From the NCBI GenBank assembly GCA_040754255.1, contig JBFMDA010000001.1, positions 2,535 to 66,534 of the forward strand: 64,000 bases of DNA. Reading direction: 5' to 3'. Below the pieces are notes generated by a model. That model had not been told where the DNA came from. It did not search any database and worked only from the letters and a program-made list of their open reading frames with translations. The position numbers and the translations under genes were made by a program. This document shows, piece after piece, positions 1-9,482 of the stretch. The stretch is from Candidatus Omnitrophota bacterium (GTDB taxonomy: Bacteria > Omnitrophota > Gorgyraeia > Gygaellales > Profunditerraquicolaceae). Every line of letters starts with the position of its first letter. Positions within the stretch are counted from its first letter, which is position 1.

Positions 1-2
1 GT

Positions 3-803
3 GAAGATGCGCTCAATGAGCTTATGGCAGCGCAAGGCGGGTTTAATCATAACCTGCAGGGATTACGGGTAGTGGACCTCCTTGAGGAACGATACCCTGA
101 TTACCCCGGCCTGAACTTGAACTGGGAGGTAAGAGAAGGCATAGTCAAGCATTCATCCGCATTTGATAAGAGCCTCAAGCGCAAGGACCTAGCCCCCGAC
201 GAATTACCTACCCTTGAGACCCAGGTTGTCGATGTGGCAGACGAAATCGCCTACGACAATCACGATATTGACGACGGAATTACGTCGGGCTTACTGAAGG
301 AATCGGAACTGGCTGAAGTGCCGTTATGGGACAATATTTATAGGGAAATTTCCAAGAAATATGGTACAATGGAAGAGAATAAAAGAAAATACCTGATAAT
401 TCGCTCGCTCATTGATATGCAGGTAACCGATTTGATTGATACTTCACTTAAGAAGCTGCAAGCCCTGAAACCGGCAAACCATATGGAAGTAAAAAGGTTA
501 CGGGAGAAGATAATCACCTTCAGCCGCAAAGTGGAGGAGCAAAGGGTGCCTTTAAGGAAATTTCTGATTTCCAAATTATACCAACACTACCGAGTGGTAA
601 GGATGAGCGAAAAGGCAAAACATTTTATCGGGGAGTTGTTCGCTGTGTATATATCGAAACCAAAGGCTTTACCGTTTGCCGTCCAGAAGAGGATCGCTAT
701 CGACGGAAAAAAGAGGGCGGTCTGCGATTATATCGCCGGCATGACAGACAGGTACGCATTAGATGAGTACAAGAAATTATTTGACCCCTACGAGAAGGTA
801 TAA
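3..803 (+). CDS. dgt: dGTP triphosphohydrolase (HD family), 5'-truncated by window edge
   Basis: Frame open from base 3 (EDALNELM...); motifs FNHNLQGLRVVDLLE, EGIVKH, DVADEIAYDNHDIDDG, DYIAGMTDRYA. Confidence 0.9.
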   Translation, partial: EDALNELMAAQGGFNHNLQGLRVVDLLEERYPDYPGLNLNWEVREGIVKHSSAFDKSLKRKDLAPDELPTLETQVVDVADEIAYDNHDIDDGITSGLLKESELAEVPLWDNIYREISKKYGTMEENKRKYLIIRSLIDMQVTDLIDTSLKKLQALKPANHMEVKRLREKIITFSRKVEEQRVPLRKFLISKLYQHYRVVRMSEKAKHFIGELFAVYISKPKALPFAVQKRIAIDGKKRAVCDYIAGMTDRYALDEYKKLFDPYEKV

Positions 804-1824
804 AAGGTTAATTTCGGCGATTCACAGCGTGTATCGACTGGTGAACTCGACGTTCGAATTGAAGGACCTCGTGATCCGCCTGGCGAGGCTGGTGTGCCAG
901 ATCCTTGACGCCAGGTATTGCGTCATCCTTATCCTTGACCCCACCAAGAAGTTTTCAAGCTTCCGGTGCATCGTAAGCGGCAGGACCAAGAAAGTCATCG
1001 ATAATAAACAAAAAATCACAAACGGGCTAGAGAAAAAGATTATAGACAGGCTTGTGACGGTTCGCAATCATCACCTGCTTGGGCTTCCCCTTATCTCCGA
1101 GGATGTAATGGGCTTAATTATTGTAAAAAGAGGGACACATCAGGCCGCATTTGACAACTACGACCAGGATACGCTAACCGCCATGCTTGAGCAGGTTATG
1201 ATAGGAATCAAGAATATGCAGCTATACGTAGAACAGCAAAAGATAGTGCTCGGCAGCCTGAAATCATTGGTTTCGCTCCTTGATAAGCGCGTACCCCAGG
1301 AATATACGCATTCGTCGTATTTCAGCAAGCTGGTTACCATGATATCACACCAGATGAATATTGACCAGAAACAGGCTGAGAGCATCGAATATGCCAGCCT
1401 TCTCCATGATGCAGGAAAGGTCGACATCCCGCTTGAGATACTTACCAAGACGTCAAAGCTCACGCCCCAGGAATTCCGTATTATTAAAACGCACCCGATA
1501 AAGGGGGTCCAGATATTACGGCCCCTGCAGGTTCTAAAACCGGCAATACCCATTATCATGCATCATCACGAAAAGTTTGACGGGACAGGGTACCCGTCGA
1601 AACTGAAAAAAGGGCAGATTCCCCTCGGCGCCAGGATAATGGCGGTTGCCGATGCGTTCGAGGCGATGGTATACGGCAGGCCGTATCGGGAAAGGATGAA
1701 TATCGATAAGGCGATCAACGAAATACGAAAGAAAAGCGGTACCCAGTTCGACCCCCGCGTAGTTGAAGCATTCATGAAAATTTCTAAAAAGGTCGCAAAA
1801 AAATACTTGCAACTGAGGAAATAG
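763..1824 (+). CDS. GAF + HD-GYP cyclic-dinucleotide phosphodiesterase
   Basis: LLHDAGK, HHEKFDGTGYP, RPYR, GTQFDP motifs; N-terminal GAF-like region. Confidence 0.88.
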   Translation: MSTRNYLTPTRRYKRLISAIHSVYRLVNSTFELKDLVIRLARLVCQILDARYCVILILDPTKKFSSFRCIVSGRTKKVIDNKQKITNGLEKKIIDRLVTVRNHHLLGLPLISEDVMGLIIVKRGTHQAAFDNYDQDTLTAMLEQVMIGIKNMQLYVEQQKIVLGSLKSLVSLLDKRVPQEYTHSSYFSKLVTMISHQMNIDQKQAESIEYASLLHDAGKVDIPLEILTKTSKLTPQEFRIIKTHPIKGVQILRPLQVLKPAIPIIMHHHEKFDGTGYPSKLKKGQIPLGARIMAVADAFEAMVYGRPYRERMNIDKAINEIRKKSGTQFDPRVVEAFMKISKKVAKKYLQLRK

Positions 1825-1836
1825 GCAGTATATAAT
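1807..1836 (+). promoter_or_regulatory. Possible sigma-70 promoter (TTGCAA-18-TATAAT) giving a near-leaderless transcript
   Basis: TTGCAA 1807-1812, TATAAT 1831-1836, ATG at 1846 with no obvious RBS. Confidence 0.45.
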
Positions 1837-1845
1837 ACGCAGAAT

Positions 1846-2397
1846 ATGAATAAGCCTAATAATTCGCAACTCGAATTGTTTTTAGGGACAGGTGATCCCG
1901 CAGCACCGGTTAAGAGGCAGGAGCAAAACCGCGCCCTTCTTTTCTTGAGGGACCACGAAAAATCGATACTCGTTATTATCGGGTTTTTAACAACCGCGAC
2001 ACTGGCGTATTGCATCGGAATTGAAAGAGGCAAAAAGACGGCGCGGGTATACCAAACCACATTCATTGACGTGGCATCTAAGCCTCAAGATGCGCGGCCA
2101 GTTAAAGAAGAGGTGGGCGCCGTTTCATCCGTGAAGCCGGCTTTCGTAAACGACCCTGTGCTGAAAACAAATCCTACCCTAGATACATACACGATACAGG
2201 TAGCTACGTTTCAAACAAAAAAACACGCAGAGAGGGCAGCAGTATCGTTAAAAAGCAGGGGCCATTCACCGATAATCTTATCCAGGGGAAAATACAGCAT
2301 CGTATGCGTAGGCAATTTCCACAACAAAGAAAAAGCGCGGTCGCTTTTAAGCGAGCTTAAAAAAACATACCGCGACTGTTACATCAGGAGGTTGTAA
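1846..2397 (+). CDS. Membrane-anchored SPOR-domain (peptidoglycan-binding) protein
   Basis: Single TM then YTIQVATF...A...L...VCVGNF...A SPOR signature. Confidence 0.85.
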   Translation: MNKPNNSQLELFLGTGDPAAPVKRQEQNRALLFLRDHEKSILVIIGFLTTATLAYCIGIERGKKTARVYQTTFIDVASKPQDARPVKEEVGAVSSVKPAFVNDPVLKTNPTLDTYTIQVATFQTKKHAERAAVSLKSRGHSPIILSRGKYSIVCVGNFHNKEKARSLLSELKKTYRDCYIRRL

Positions 2398-2402
2398 AAC
2401 AC

Positions 2403-2702
2403 ATGTCAATACATCCATCATTGAGTGCGGCGGACAAATCAAAAAAACAGAGGTCGGTATTAAAACGCATTGAGCGTCTTAAAATGATGAGCGAAAAGAA
2501 CGAGTGGTCTGAAAAAGACGATGTCTACGGCCTCCCGAAGATAAAAACAGTGCGTATCAAGATCAAAAAGGAAAAAGCAGAGAAAGCCGAAACTACCGCT
2601 GCTGCTGAAGGTGCCGCTACTTCCACACCTGCTGCCAAAGAGCAGGCTCCCGCTAAAGGAAAAGAACAGGCGGGTGCAAAAAGCCAGGAAAAAGGTAAAT
2701 AA
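2403..2702 (+). CDS. PVC-superphylum signature small basic protein with Ala/Lys-rich tail
   Basis: MSIHPSL...RSVLKRIERL...W....VYGLPK matches the Chlamydia/Verrucomicrobia/Planctomycetes small basic protein. Confidence 0.85.
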   Translation: MSIHPSLSAADKSKKQRSVLKRIERLKMMSEKNEWSEKDDVYGLPKIKTVRIKIKKEKAEKAETTAAAEGAATSTPAAKEQAPAKGKEQAGAKSQEKGK

Positions 2703-2708
2703 CCTCGT

Positions 2709-3494
2709 ATGCCACTTAGGTCCTTTGCCATTACTGCTGCGTTCATTTTTCTCTGTGGCTTTGGTATATGTGCTGCCGAGGATTTTGTTCCGTTCAGAGG
2801 GACTGTAACTTCCGACGGAATACACATACGTTCCGATTCTACGGTAACTGCTCCTGTTATCTGTGATGTCGGCAAAGGAGATTCGCTTGACGTGCTCGCT
2901 CAGCTGTATGAATGGTATAGAGTCAGGCTACCCCGCAGTGCCCCTTCGTTTATCCGTAAAGACCTCGTTACAAAAGAAACAGGCTCTGTGGCAACAATAA
3001 TCAAAGAGAGGGTAAATGTCAGGTTGGAGCCTAACGAATCTTCTCCTATAATCGGCCGGGCAGTAAAAGGGGAGGAAATCAATATAGTGGCAGATGCGCA
3101 AGGCTGGTATAAGATCGAACCGGTCGCTAAATCCTCAGGCTGGATACATAGGCGATTCGTGCAAAAAGCTATTCAACCGGCACCCGCAGAGGCGGTACCG
3201 CTGACGCAACGCGAGGCGAAAGAAACGCACAAAGAACCTTCCCGCACCCCCGAAGAGGCCGGCGGGCGCAGCTTTTCTGTCGAGGGCATAGTAAGGCCGC
3301 AAGGAATATTTTTTAACAGAAAGGCGACGCACAAAATCGTTGATAGTTCAGGGAATGAATATCTTTTGCGCTGCGATAAACAAACCCTAAACCAGTTCAA
3401 TAATTATCGTGTTAGGTTATCCGGGACATTGCGCACGTTACCCGGCTACACGCACCCTCTCATCGAAGTAAAGAAAATAGAATATCTGGAATGA
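2709..3494 (+). CDS. Secreted protein with two SH3b domains
   Basis: Signal peptide; IHIRSDST..WYRV and VNVRLEPN..WYKI..GWIH SH3b patterns. Confidence 0.8.
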   Translation: MPLRSFAITAAFIFLCGFGICAAEDFVPFRGTVTSDGIHIRSDSTVTAPVICDVGKGDSLDVLAQLYEWYRVRLPRSAPSFIRKDLVTKETGSVATIIKERVNVRLEPNESSPIIGRAVKGEEINIVADAQGWYKIEPVAKSSGWIHRRFVQKAIQPAPAEAVPLTQREAKETHKEPSRTPEEAGGRSFSVEGIVRPQGIFFNRKATHKIVDSSGNEYLLRCDKQTLNQFNNYRVRLSGTLRTLPGYTHPLIEVKKIEYLE

Positions 3495-4108
3495 ACATCC
3501 CCTATTTTATCGTATTATTTGGCCTTCTGATGATTGCGATGAGCGTGCATGAGTTTGCGCACGGATGGGTCGCGTACCGATTAGGAGACACTACTGCTAA
3601 ATACCTCGGTAGGCTTACCCTAAACCCGCTTGCGCATATCGATCCGGTAGGGACCGTGCTTCTGCCGCTTATGCTGCTTATTGCAACCAATGGACAGTTC
3701 GTGTTCGGAGCGGCAAAGCCAGTGCCTATCAATTACCTTGCCTTACGTAACCCAAAACGGGATATGGTGCTCATCGGTTTGAGCGGCCCGTTATCCAATC
3801 TGCTTTTTGCAGTTGCCTCTTCGGTGCTCCTTAGGTTCTTGCCTTCTCATAGCGGATTAGGCCTCATTCTGTATAATCTTATTTTCATCAATGTGGTGCT
3901 GGGGATATTCAACCTTGTACCCATACCCCCGCTTGACGGCTCAAGAATTCTTGCCGGCATCCTGCCCCGCGACCTTTCTGAGTTCTATTCACGCTTAGAG
4001 CCATACGGCTTCTTTATTATCATTATTCTCCTTTGGCTGGGTGTTTTTGATGTGTTTGTCTGGCCTATAATCAGGCTTATCGCCTCATTGCTGGCAAATC
4101 CATTTTAG
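3491..4108 (+). CDS. Site-2 protease (peptidase M50)
   Basis: HEFAH zinc motif, NLVPIPPLDG, multiple TMs. Confidence 0.93.
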   Translation: MNIPYFIVLFGLLMIAMSVHEFAHGWVAYRLGDTTAKYLGRLTLNPLAHIDPVGTVLLPLMLLIATNGQFVFGAAKPVPINYLALRNPKRDMVLIGLSGPLSNLLFAVASSVLLRFLPSHSGLGLILYNLIFINVVLGIFNLVPIPPLDGSRILAGILPRDLSEFYSRLEPYGFFIIIILLWLGVFDVFVWPIIRLIASLLANPF

Positions 4109-4112
4109 GATA

Positions 4113-5204
4113 ATGAACAAACTTATTGTCAGGCTAAAGCGTAACTCCTATTCGATTCTTATCGGAAACGGTAATCTAGCCTCTCTCGGATCGCTGCTTA
4201 TTAAAACAAAGCTAGGTAATCACGCCTTCATAATTACCACCCCATTTATTAAGAGAAAATACGGGCCACGGCTTGAAAAATCGCTTAATCAAGAACGCCT
4301 CTGTTATACCTGGTGCGGTGTCCCTGATACCGAATCGAGCAAGTCGTTAAGGATCGCTTCTTCGGTGATCAAGAAGCTTGCAGGCGTAGCGTCAAAGAAA
4401 CGGGTTTGTATCATAGCCTTCGGCGGCGGGGTCGTCGGGGACCTTGCGGGGTTTATCGCTTCTGTCTATAGGCGAGGCATACCGTACATCCAGGTTCCTA
4501 CCACGTTTCTTGCGCAGATCGATTCCAGCATCGGAGGAAAGACTGCCCTTGACTTAGAGGAGGCCAAAAATCTTATAGGGAGTTTTTATCAACCCGGATT
4601 AGTAGTTACAGATATCTCGCTGCTTCAAAGCCTGCCGTTAGCCCAGGTAAAGAACGGCTTGTCAGAGGCAATAAAATACGGTCTTATCCGGGATAAGGGC
4701 TTATTCTCCTATATTGAGAAAAATTATCGGTTACTGCTCGGGAAGAACAAAGCAGCGCTTAGGCGTGTAATTTACCGGTGCGCGGCGATAAAATCGTCTA
4801 TTGTGGGGAATGACGAAAAGGAAACAAAGGGCTTAAGGACCATACTTAATTTCGGCCATACCATCGGCCATGCTGTTGAAGCAGCGAGCAGGTATTCGCG
4901 CATCAGCCATGGCCAGGCAGTCGCCTTGGGGATGTTAGCGGCAATTGCGATTAGCCGGGAATTAGGGTACATAGATGATTCTTTGCCCGGTCGTATAACC
5001 AGGCTGTTTAAGAAGGTAGGGCTGCCGCAAAAGGCCTCCGGGGTCGGCTTTAACGCGATTATCGCTGCCTATCGCCATGATAAAAAATTCACCGGCCTTG
5101 AGAATAAATTTGTCTTATTGAAGGGGATAGGTAGGCCGATAATCGTACGAAACGTTAATCCCGCGGTAGTAAGGCGGGCGATCCGGTCAATACTGAAGCC
5201 TTAA
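4113..5204 (+). CDS. aroB: 3-dehydroquinate synthase
   Basis: GGGVVGDLAGF, PTTFLAQIDSSIGGKT, LNFGHTIGHAVE. Confidence 0.96.
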   Translation: MNKLIVRLKRNSYSILIGNGNLASLGSLLIKTKLGNHAFIITTPFIKRKYGPRLEKSLNQERLCYTWCGVPDTESSKSLRIASSVIKKLAGVASKKRVCIIAFGGGVVGDLAGFIASVYRRGIPYIQVPTTFLAQIDSSIGGKTALDLEEAKNLIGSFYQPGLVVTDISLLQSLPLAQVKNGLSEAIKYGLIRDKGLFSYIEKNYRLLLGKNKAALRRVIYRCAAIKSSIVGNDEKETKGLRTILNFGHTIGHAVEAASRYSRISHGQAVALGMLAAIAISRELGYIDDSLPGRITRLFKKVGLPQKASGVGFNAIIAAYRHDKKFTGLENKFVLLKGIGRPIIVRNVNPAVVRRAIRSILKP

Positions 5205-5696
5205 TTAACGGCGGTTGGTGAGTACAACAGGGCCTTCCGGAGTGCTTAACTCTACTGAATCCACAGTGATTTTTTCTACTGTTGCGCCATCCACTCTTTC
5301 TCTCAACCTCACAATTTGATTGTTCACAAGGGCATAGTTGTCATTCCCGGAAGAAAATATCCCGTTTAAGACGTATTGCTCTCTGGGCTCAACCTGCGGC
5401 AAGGTTTCGTTTTCTACTACCGCAGGTGCCGGGGTGGAAGGGGCGGGCGTTTCAGCCGTAGCAGGATCAGCAGGTAAAGGCTGCGTAGTTTCTACGGCGG
5501 GCAGCGTAATCGGTAGCGGAGGGAAAAGGTAATCAAACCCTTTTTTGGCAATAAACATTCCCACGATCGCAAGGATTATATATACGGCAATCGGTTTATT
5601 GTGTGCCTTTTGAACAATAAAGGATGAGCCGGGCTGTCCTTTATGTTGTGCAGGATGTGTACCTAGTTTTTTTAACGCTTCGTAGATAATACTCAT
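5205..5696 (-). CDS. GspB/ExeB-like single-pass membrane protein
   Basis: Starts MSIIYEALKK (ATG 5696, overlapping the upstream ATPase stop); TM, Pro-rich linker, C-terminal LNGIF..ALVNNQIV..VEKIT domain. Confidence 0.75.
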   Translation of the reverse strand: MSIIYEALKKLGTHPAQHKGQPGSSFIVQKAHNKPIAVYIILAIVGMFIAKKGFDYLFPPLPITLPAVETTQPLPADPATAETPAPSTPAPAVVENETLPQVEPREQYVLNGIFSSGNDNYALVNNQIVRLRERVDGATVEKITVDSVELSTPEGPVVLTNRR

Positions 5697-6517
5697 AGGA
5701 TAGTCGGCTGCAGGGAGGTTTCGAGTTCCGCGATACATTTTTTGACAAGGCTTGCGTCAATCGCCCTTACCTCCGCGACGAACCCCGCCAAAAGCGAACG
5801 GTCGCAAATAATATTGATCAGGCGCGGCGTGCCTTTCGAAAAATCGGCAATCAATTCGATCGCATCATCCTTGAATACGACGCTATCATCGGCGCCGGCG
5901 ACTTTTAGCCGGTGGCCGATGTATTCTGCAAGTTCCTTTTTTTCTATGGGCGTTATGTGGTAGCGTACCATTATTCTTTGTTGCAGCTGCCGTAATTCAT
6001 AGAGGCTTAATTTACGGTTCAGTTCAGGCTGGCCGACCAGTATTATTTGGATGAGCTTATCCTTTTCGGTCTCAAGGTTAGAAAGCAGGCGGACCTGTTC
6101 GAGTTGATGAGGTTTTAAATTCTGGGCTTCATCAATAATAAGCACCACGTTATTCCCGGCCTTGGCTTCCTCAATCAAGAACCTGTTTAGCTCCCAGATA
6201 AAACCCAGCCTGGTTTTATTCTTGATTTGCACTCCAAAATCCCTGACAATCGCCTCAAGCAGCTGAAGTTCGGAAAAGTTCGGGTTTAATATAAAAGCAG
6301 TTTTTACATTTTTCCCCAGTTGATCAAGGAAAAACCTGCACAGCGTAGTCTTGCCGGTGCCGATTTCCCCGGTTATGACCATTATTCCTTTGCGTTGGTT
6401 CACCCCGTAGAGCAGGTGAGAGAGCGCTTCTTTATGCTGATGGCTCATAAAGAAGAAGGTAGGATCCGCAGTGACATTGAAAGGCATTTCCTTGAGTCCG
6501 TAAAATTCACAATACAT
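5693..6517 (-). CDS. ExeA/GspA-type AAA ATPase
   Basis: MYCEFYGLKEMPF start, GEIGTGKTT Walker A, IIDEAQNL Walker B, LVGQPEL, GTPRLIN. Confidence 0.92.
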   Translation of the reverse strand: MYCEFYGLKEMPFNVTADPTFFFMSHQHKEALSHLLYGVNQRKGIMVITGEIGTGKTTLCRFFLDQLGKNVKTAFILNPNFSELQLLEAIVRDFGVQIKNKTRLGFIWELNRFLIEEAKAGNNVVLIIDEAQNLKPHQLEQVRLLSNLETEKDKLIQIILVGQPELNRKLSLYELRQLQQRIMVRYHITPIEKKELAEYIGHRLKVAGADDSVVFKDDAIELIADFSKGTPRLINIICDRSLLAGFVAEVRAIDASLVKKCIAELETSLQPTIL

Positions 6518-6601
6518 CGTTTCCTCTGTTTTCCCTATTATAACAGAAAAAAATATTTTGTAAAGCACCAGCTTGAGTATTTCTATTTCTGAAAATAACT
6601 G

Positions 6602-6630
6602 TTGACAAAATTCTAATAATAGTATAAAAT
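6602..6630 (+). promoter_or_regulatory. Sigma-70 promoter for guaB-guaA
   Basis: TTGACA (6602-6607), 17 nt, TAAAAT (6625-6630). Confidence 0.75.
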
Positions 6631-6707
6631 TTCAAATATTCCCTAAAAATTTTGATAGATTCATTTATAACTTGTTGAAATACAATAATTTACGATAAGG
6701 AGATAAA

Positions 6708-7868
6708 ATGGGAGAATGGATTGGGATGGGTAGGAGAGCCCGCAGGTGTTACGGATTTGACGAGATAGCCCTTGTGCCGGGCAACCAGACCATAAATCCT
6801 GCAGAGGTTGATACCTCTTTTGAGCTCGGAAAGAGAAAATTCAGGGTGCCGATACTGGCTGCTGCGATGGACGGAGTGGTAGACGTAACGTTCGCAGTAA
6901 CAATGTCTAAGCTCAATGGCCTTGCGGTAATCAACCTTGACGGAGTGCAAACCCGCTACGATAACCCGGAATCTGTCTTGGAAAAAATCGCATCGGCAAC
7001 CCCCCAGGAAGCTACCGAGCTCATCCAGGAAATCTACACCAAGCCAATCAAGGAAAAACTTATTGCGACAAGAGTCGCGCAGATCAAGCGTAGAGGCGGT
7101 ATCGCTGCAGTAAGCTGTATCCCTTCCCATGCAGAGCGTTTCGCAAAAATCGCAGTCGCGGCAGGCGCAGACTACTTTGTGGTACAGTCCACGGTCACTT
7201 CCACCAAGCATATCGCAAAAGAATACAAAAGCCTAGATTTATACGCCTTCTGTCAAAAGATGAAAATACCCGTCGTCATAGGCAATTGCGTTACCTACGG
7301 AACGACCCTTGACCTTATGTCAACGGGCGTTGCAGGCCTGCTTATCGGGATAGGCCCAGGCGCTGCCTGCACTACAAGGGGGGTGTTAGGAATCGGGGTA
7401 CCCCAGGTAACCGCAACCGTTGACGCGGCTGCTGCGCGTGATTTTTATTTTAAGAGGACCGGCAGGTACATCACTATCATTACTGACGGCGGCATGAACA
7501 GGGGCGGAGATATCTGTAAGGCATTTGCCAGCGGAGCCGATGCGGTAATGATAGGTTCCAGCTTTGCCAGGGCTAAAGAAGCCCCTGGCGGCGGCTACCA
7601 TTGGGGCATGGCGACTTCAAATGTCAATTTGCCCAGAGGGACGCGTATTTATGTCGGGACTACCGGAAGCTTGAAAGAAATCCTTTTGGGCCCTGCCAGG
7701 GTCGATGACGGCTCGCAAAATTTGATGGGTGCCCTAAAAACCTCTATGGGTTCTTTGGGGGCCGCAAATATAAAAGAGATGCACGACGTAGAGATTATCA
7801 TTGCGCCTTCGATACAGACCGAGGGCAAAATCTTTCAGGTCGGCCAGAGAGTGGGGATGGGCAAATGA
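6708..7868 (+). CDS. guaB: IMP dehydrogenase, GuaB3 family (no CBS domains)
   Basis: YGFDEIALVP, GIGPGAACTTRGVLGIG catalytic loop, DGG; adjacent to guaA. Confidence 0.9.
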   Translation: MGEWIGMGRRARRCYGFDEIALVPGNQTINPAEVDTSFELGKRKFRVPILAAAMDGVVDVTFAVTMSKLNGLAVINLDGVQTRYDNPESVLEKIASATPQEATELIQEIYTKPIKEKLIATRVAQIKRRGGIAAVSCIPSHAERFAKIAVAAGADYFVVQSTVTSTKHIAKEYKSLDLYAFCQKMKIPVVIGNCVTYGTTLDLMSTGVAGLLIGIGPGAACTTRGVLGIGVPQVTATVDAAAARDFYFKRTGRYITIITDGGMNRGGDICKAFASGADAVMIGSSFARAKEAPGGGYHWGMATSNVNLPRGTRIYVGTTGSLKEILLGPARVDDGSQNLMGALKTSMGSLGAANIKEMHDVEIIIAPSIQTEGKIFQVGQRVGMGK

Positions 7869-9406
7869 AGCAGGAAATAATACTAATCCTTGATTTTGGG
7901 TCGCAGTATACACAGCTTATTGCACGACGTATCAGGGAGCACAAGATCTTTTCAAAGATCGTACCTTACAATATTACTGCCAAAGAGATACACGAACTTT
8001 CGCCCAAGGGGTTGATCCTTTCCGGCGGCCCTTCTTCGGTAGTCGATAAAAAAAGCCCTTTGCCCGATGCGCGCATTTTCAAACTCGGCATTCCGGTGCT
8101 GGGTATTTGTTACGGGATGCAGGCGATTGCGCAGCTCTTGGGCGGAAGGACTAAGCATACCAAAGAAAGGGAGTACGGAAGAGCAGAAATTTTTATCGAT
8201 GATAACCGTACGCTTTTCAGTTCGCTTCCGGGAAATTTTACCTGCTGGGCAAGCCACGGCGATTATGTGACCAAGGTCCCGCCGGGCTTTAACATTATTG
8301 CCCATACCTTAAATTCGCCTATCGCGGCAATGGGGCACCGTGCCCGCAAAATTTACGGTGTTCAGTTCCATCCGGAAGTCACCCATACCGAAAAAGGCAA
8401 TCAAATCCTGAGCAATTTCCTGCTTAAGGTGTGCAGTTGCTCTGGCCGCTGGAACATGCATTCCTTCATCAAGCAGACAGTGGAAGAAATACGAAAGACC
8501 GTAGGCACACATAAGGTGGTGCTTGGTTTAAGCGGCGGCGTCGATTCGTCGGTAACCGCCCTTTTGCTGCACAGGGCCATCAAGCGGAATTCCCGCTGCA
8601 TTTTCATTAATAACGGCTTGCTAAGGAAAGACGAACCCGACCAGATTAAGAAAGTATTCCGCAGCAACTTCAAGCTCAACCTGGACTATGTAGAGGCAAG
8701 CAAACGGTTCCTTATCCGCCTTAAAGGGGTGGTTGAGCCTGAAGAAAAACGAAAAATAATCGGCAACGAATTCGTCAAGATTTTTGAATCAGAGGCAAAG
8801 AAGCTAAGGGGGGTCAGATTTCTTGCGCAAGGCACGCTTTACCCCGATGTCATTGAGTCGCTTTCTCCGATAGGTTCGCCTTCAAGCAAGATTAAAAGCC
8901 ATCACAACGTCGGCGGCCTTCCCGAACATATGAAACTAAAATTAATTGAGCCATTGCGGGAGCTGTTTAAAGATGAAGTCCGCCAGATCGGCAGGGAGCT
9001 GGGTTTACCGGATGCCATTTTATATCGCCAGCCGTTTCCAGGCCCGGGCCTTGCCATCCGGATAATCGGCGAAATAACCCCTGAACGCCTCAATATCTTA
9101 AGAGAGGTTGACTTCAGGGTGATGGAGGAAATTCAAAAAGAAAACCTGTCCAGGCAGATATGGCAGTCCTTTGCGATTCTCCTGCCCATTAAGAGCGTGG
9201 GTGTAATGGGCGATGAACGGACATACGAAAACGTAGTCGCTATCCGCTGCGTTTCCAGCGTTGACGGGATGACTGCCGACTGGTTCAAGCTGCCTCCGGA
9301 ACTCCTGGAAAGGCTCTCGCACAGGATTATCAACGAGGTCAAAGGCGTCAACCGCGTTGTCTACGATATCACCTCAAAGCCTCCAGCGACAATAGAGTGG
9401 GAATAG
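7865..9406 (+). CDS. guaA: GMP synthase (glutamine-hydrolysing)
   Basis: LDFGSQY, GICYGMQ, QFHPEV, SGGVDS, KPPATIEWE. Confidence 0.98.
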   Translation: MKQEIILILDFGSQYTQLIARRIREHKIFSKIVPYNITAKEIHELSPKGLILSGGPSSVVDKKSPLPDARIFKLGIPVLGICYGMQAIAQLLGGRTKHTKEREYGRAEIFIDDNRTLFSSLPGNFTCWASHGDYVTKVPPGFNIIAHTLNSPIAAMGHRARKIYGVQFHPEVTHTEKGNQILSNFLLKVCSCSGRWNMHSFIKQTVEEIRKTVGTHKVVLGLSGGVDSSVTALLLHRAIKRNSRCIFINNGLLRKDEPDQIKKVFRSNFKLNLDYVEASKRFLIRLKGVVEPEEKRKIIGNEFVKIFESEAKKLRGVRFLAQGTLYPDVIESLSPIGSPSSKIKSHHNVGGLPEHMKLKLIEPLRELFKDEVRQIGRELGLPDAILYRQPFPGPGLAIRIIGEITPERLNILREVDFRVMEEIQKENLSRQIWQSFAILLPIKSVGVMGDERTYENVVAIRCVSSVDGMTADWFKLPPELLERLSHRIINEVKGVNRVVYDITSKPPATIEWE

Positions 9407-9433
9407 ATTACTACGCAATTCTTTAGATGGGCT

Positions 9434-9460
9434 TATAGTCAATAGTCCATAGCCGATAGT
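9434..9460. repeat. Degenerate heptamer array, family C (ATAGTCN type)
   Basis: ttatagtcaatagtccatagccgatagt between guaA and dnaE; reverse complement of the GACTATA/GACCATA units at 14782 and 43952. Confidence 0.6.
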
Positions 9461-9482
9461 TTACATTATCTCGTTTTAGGCC

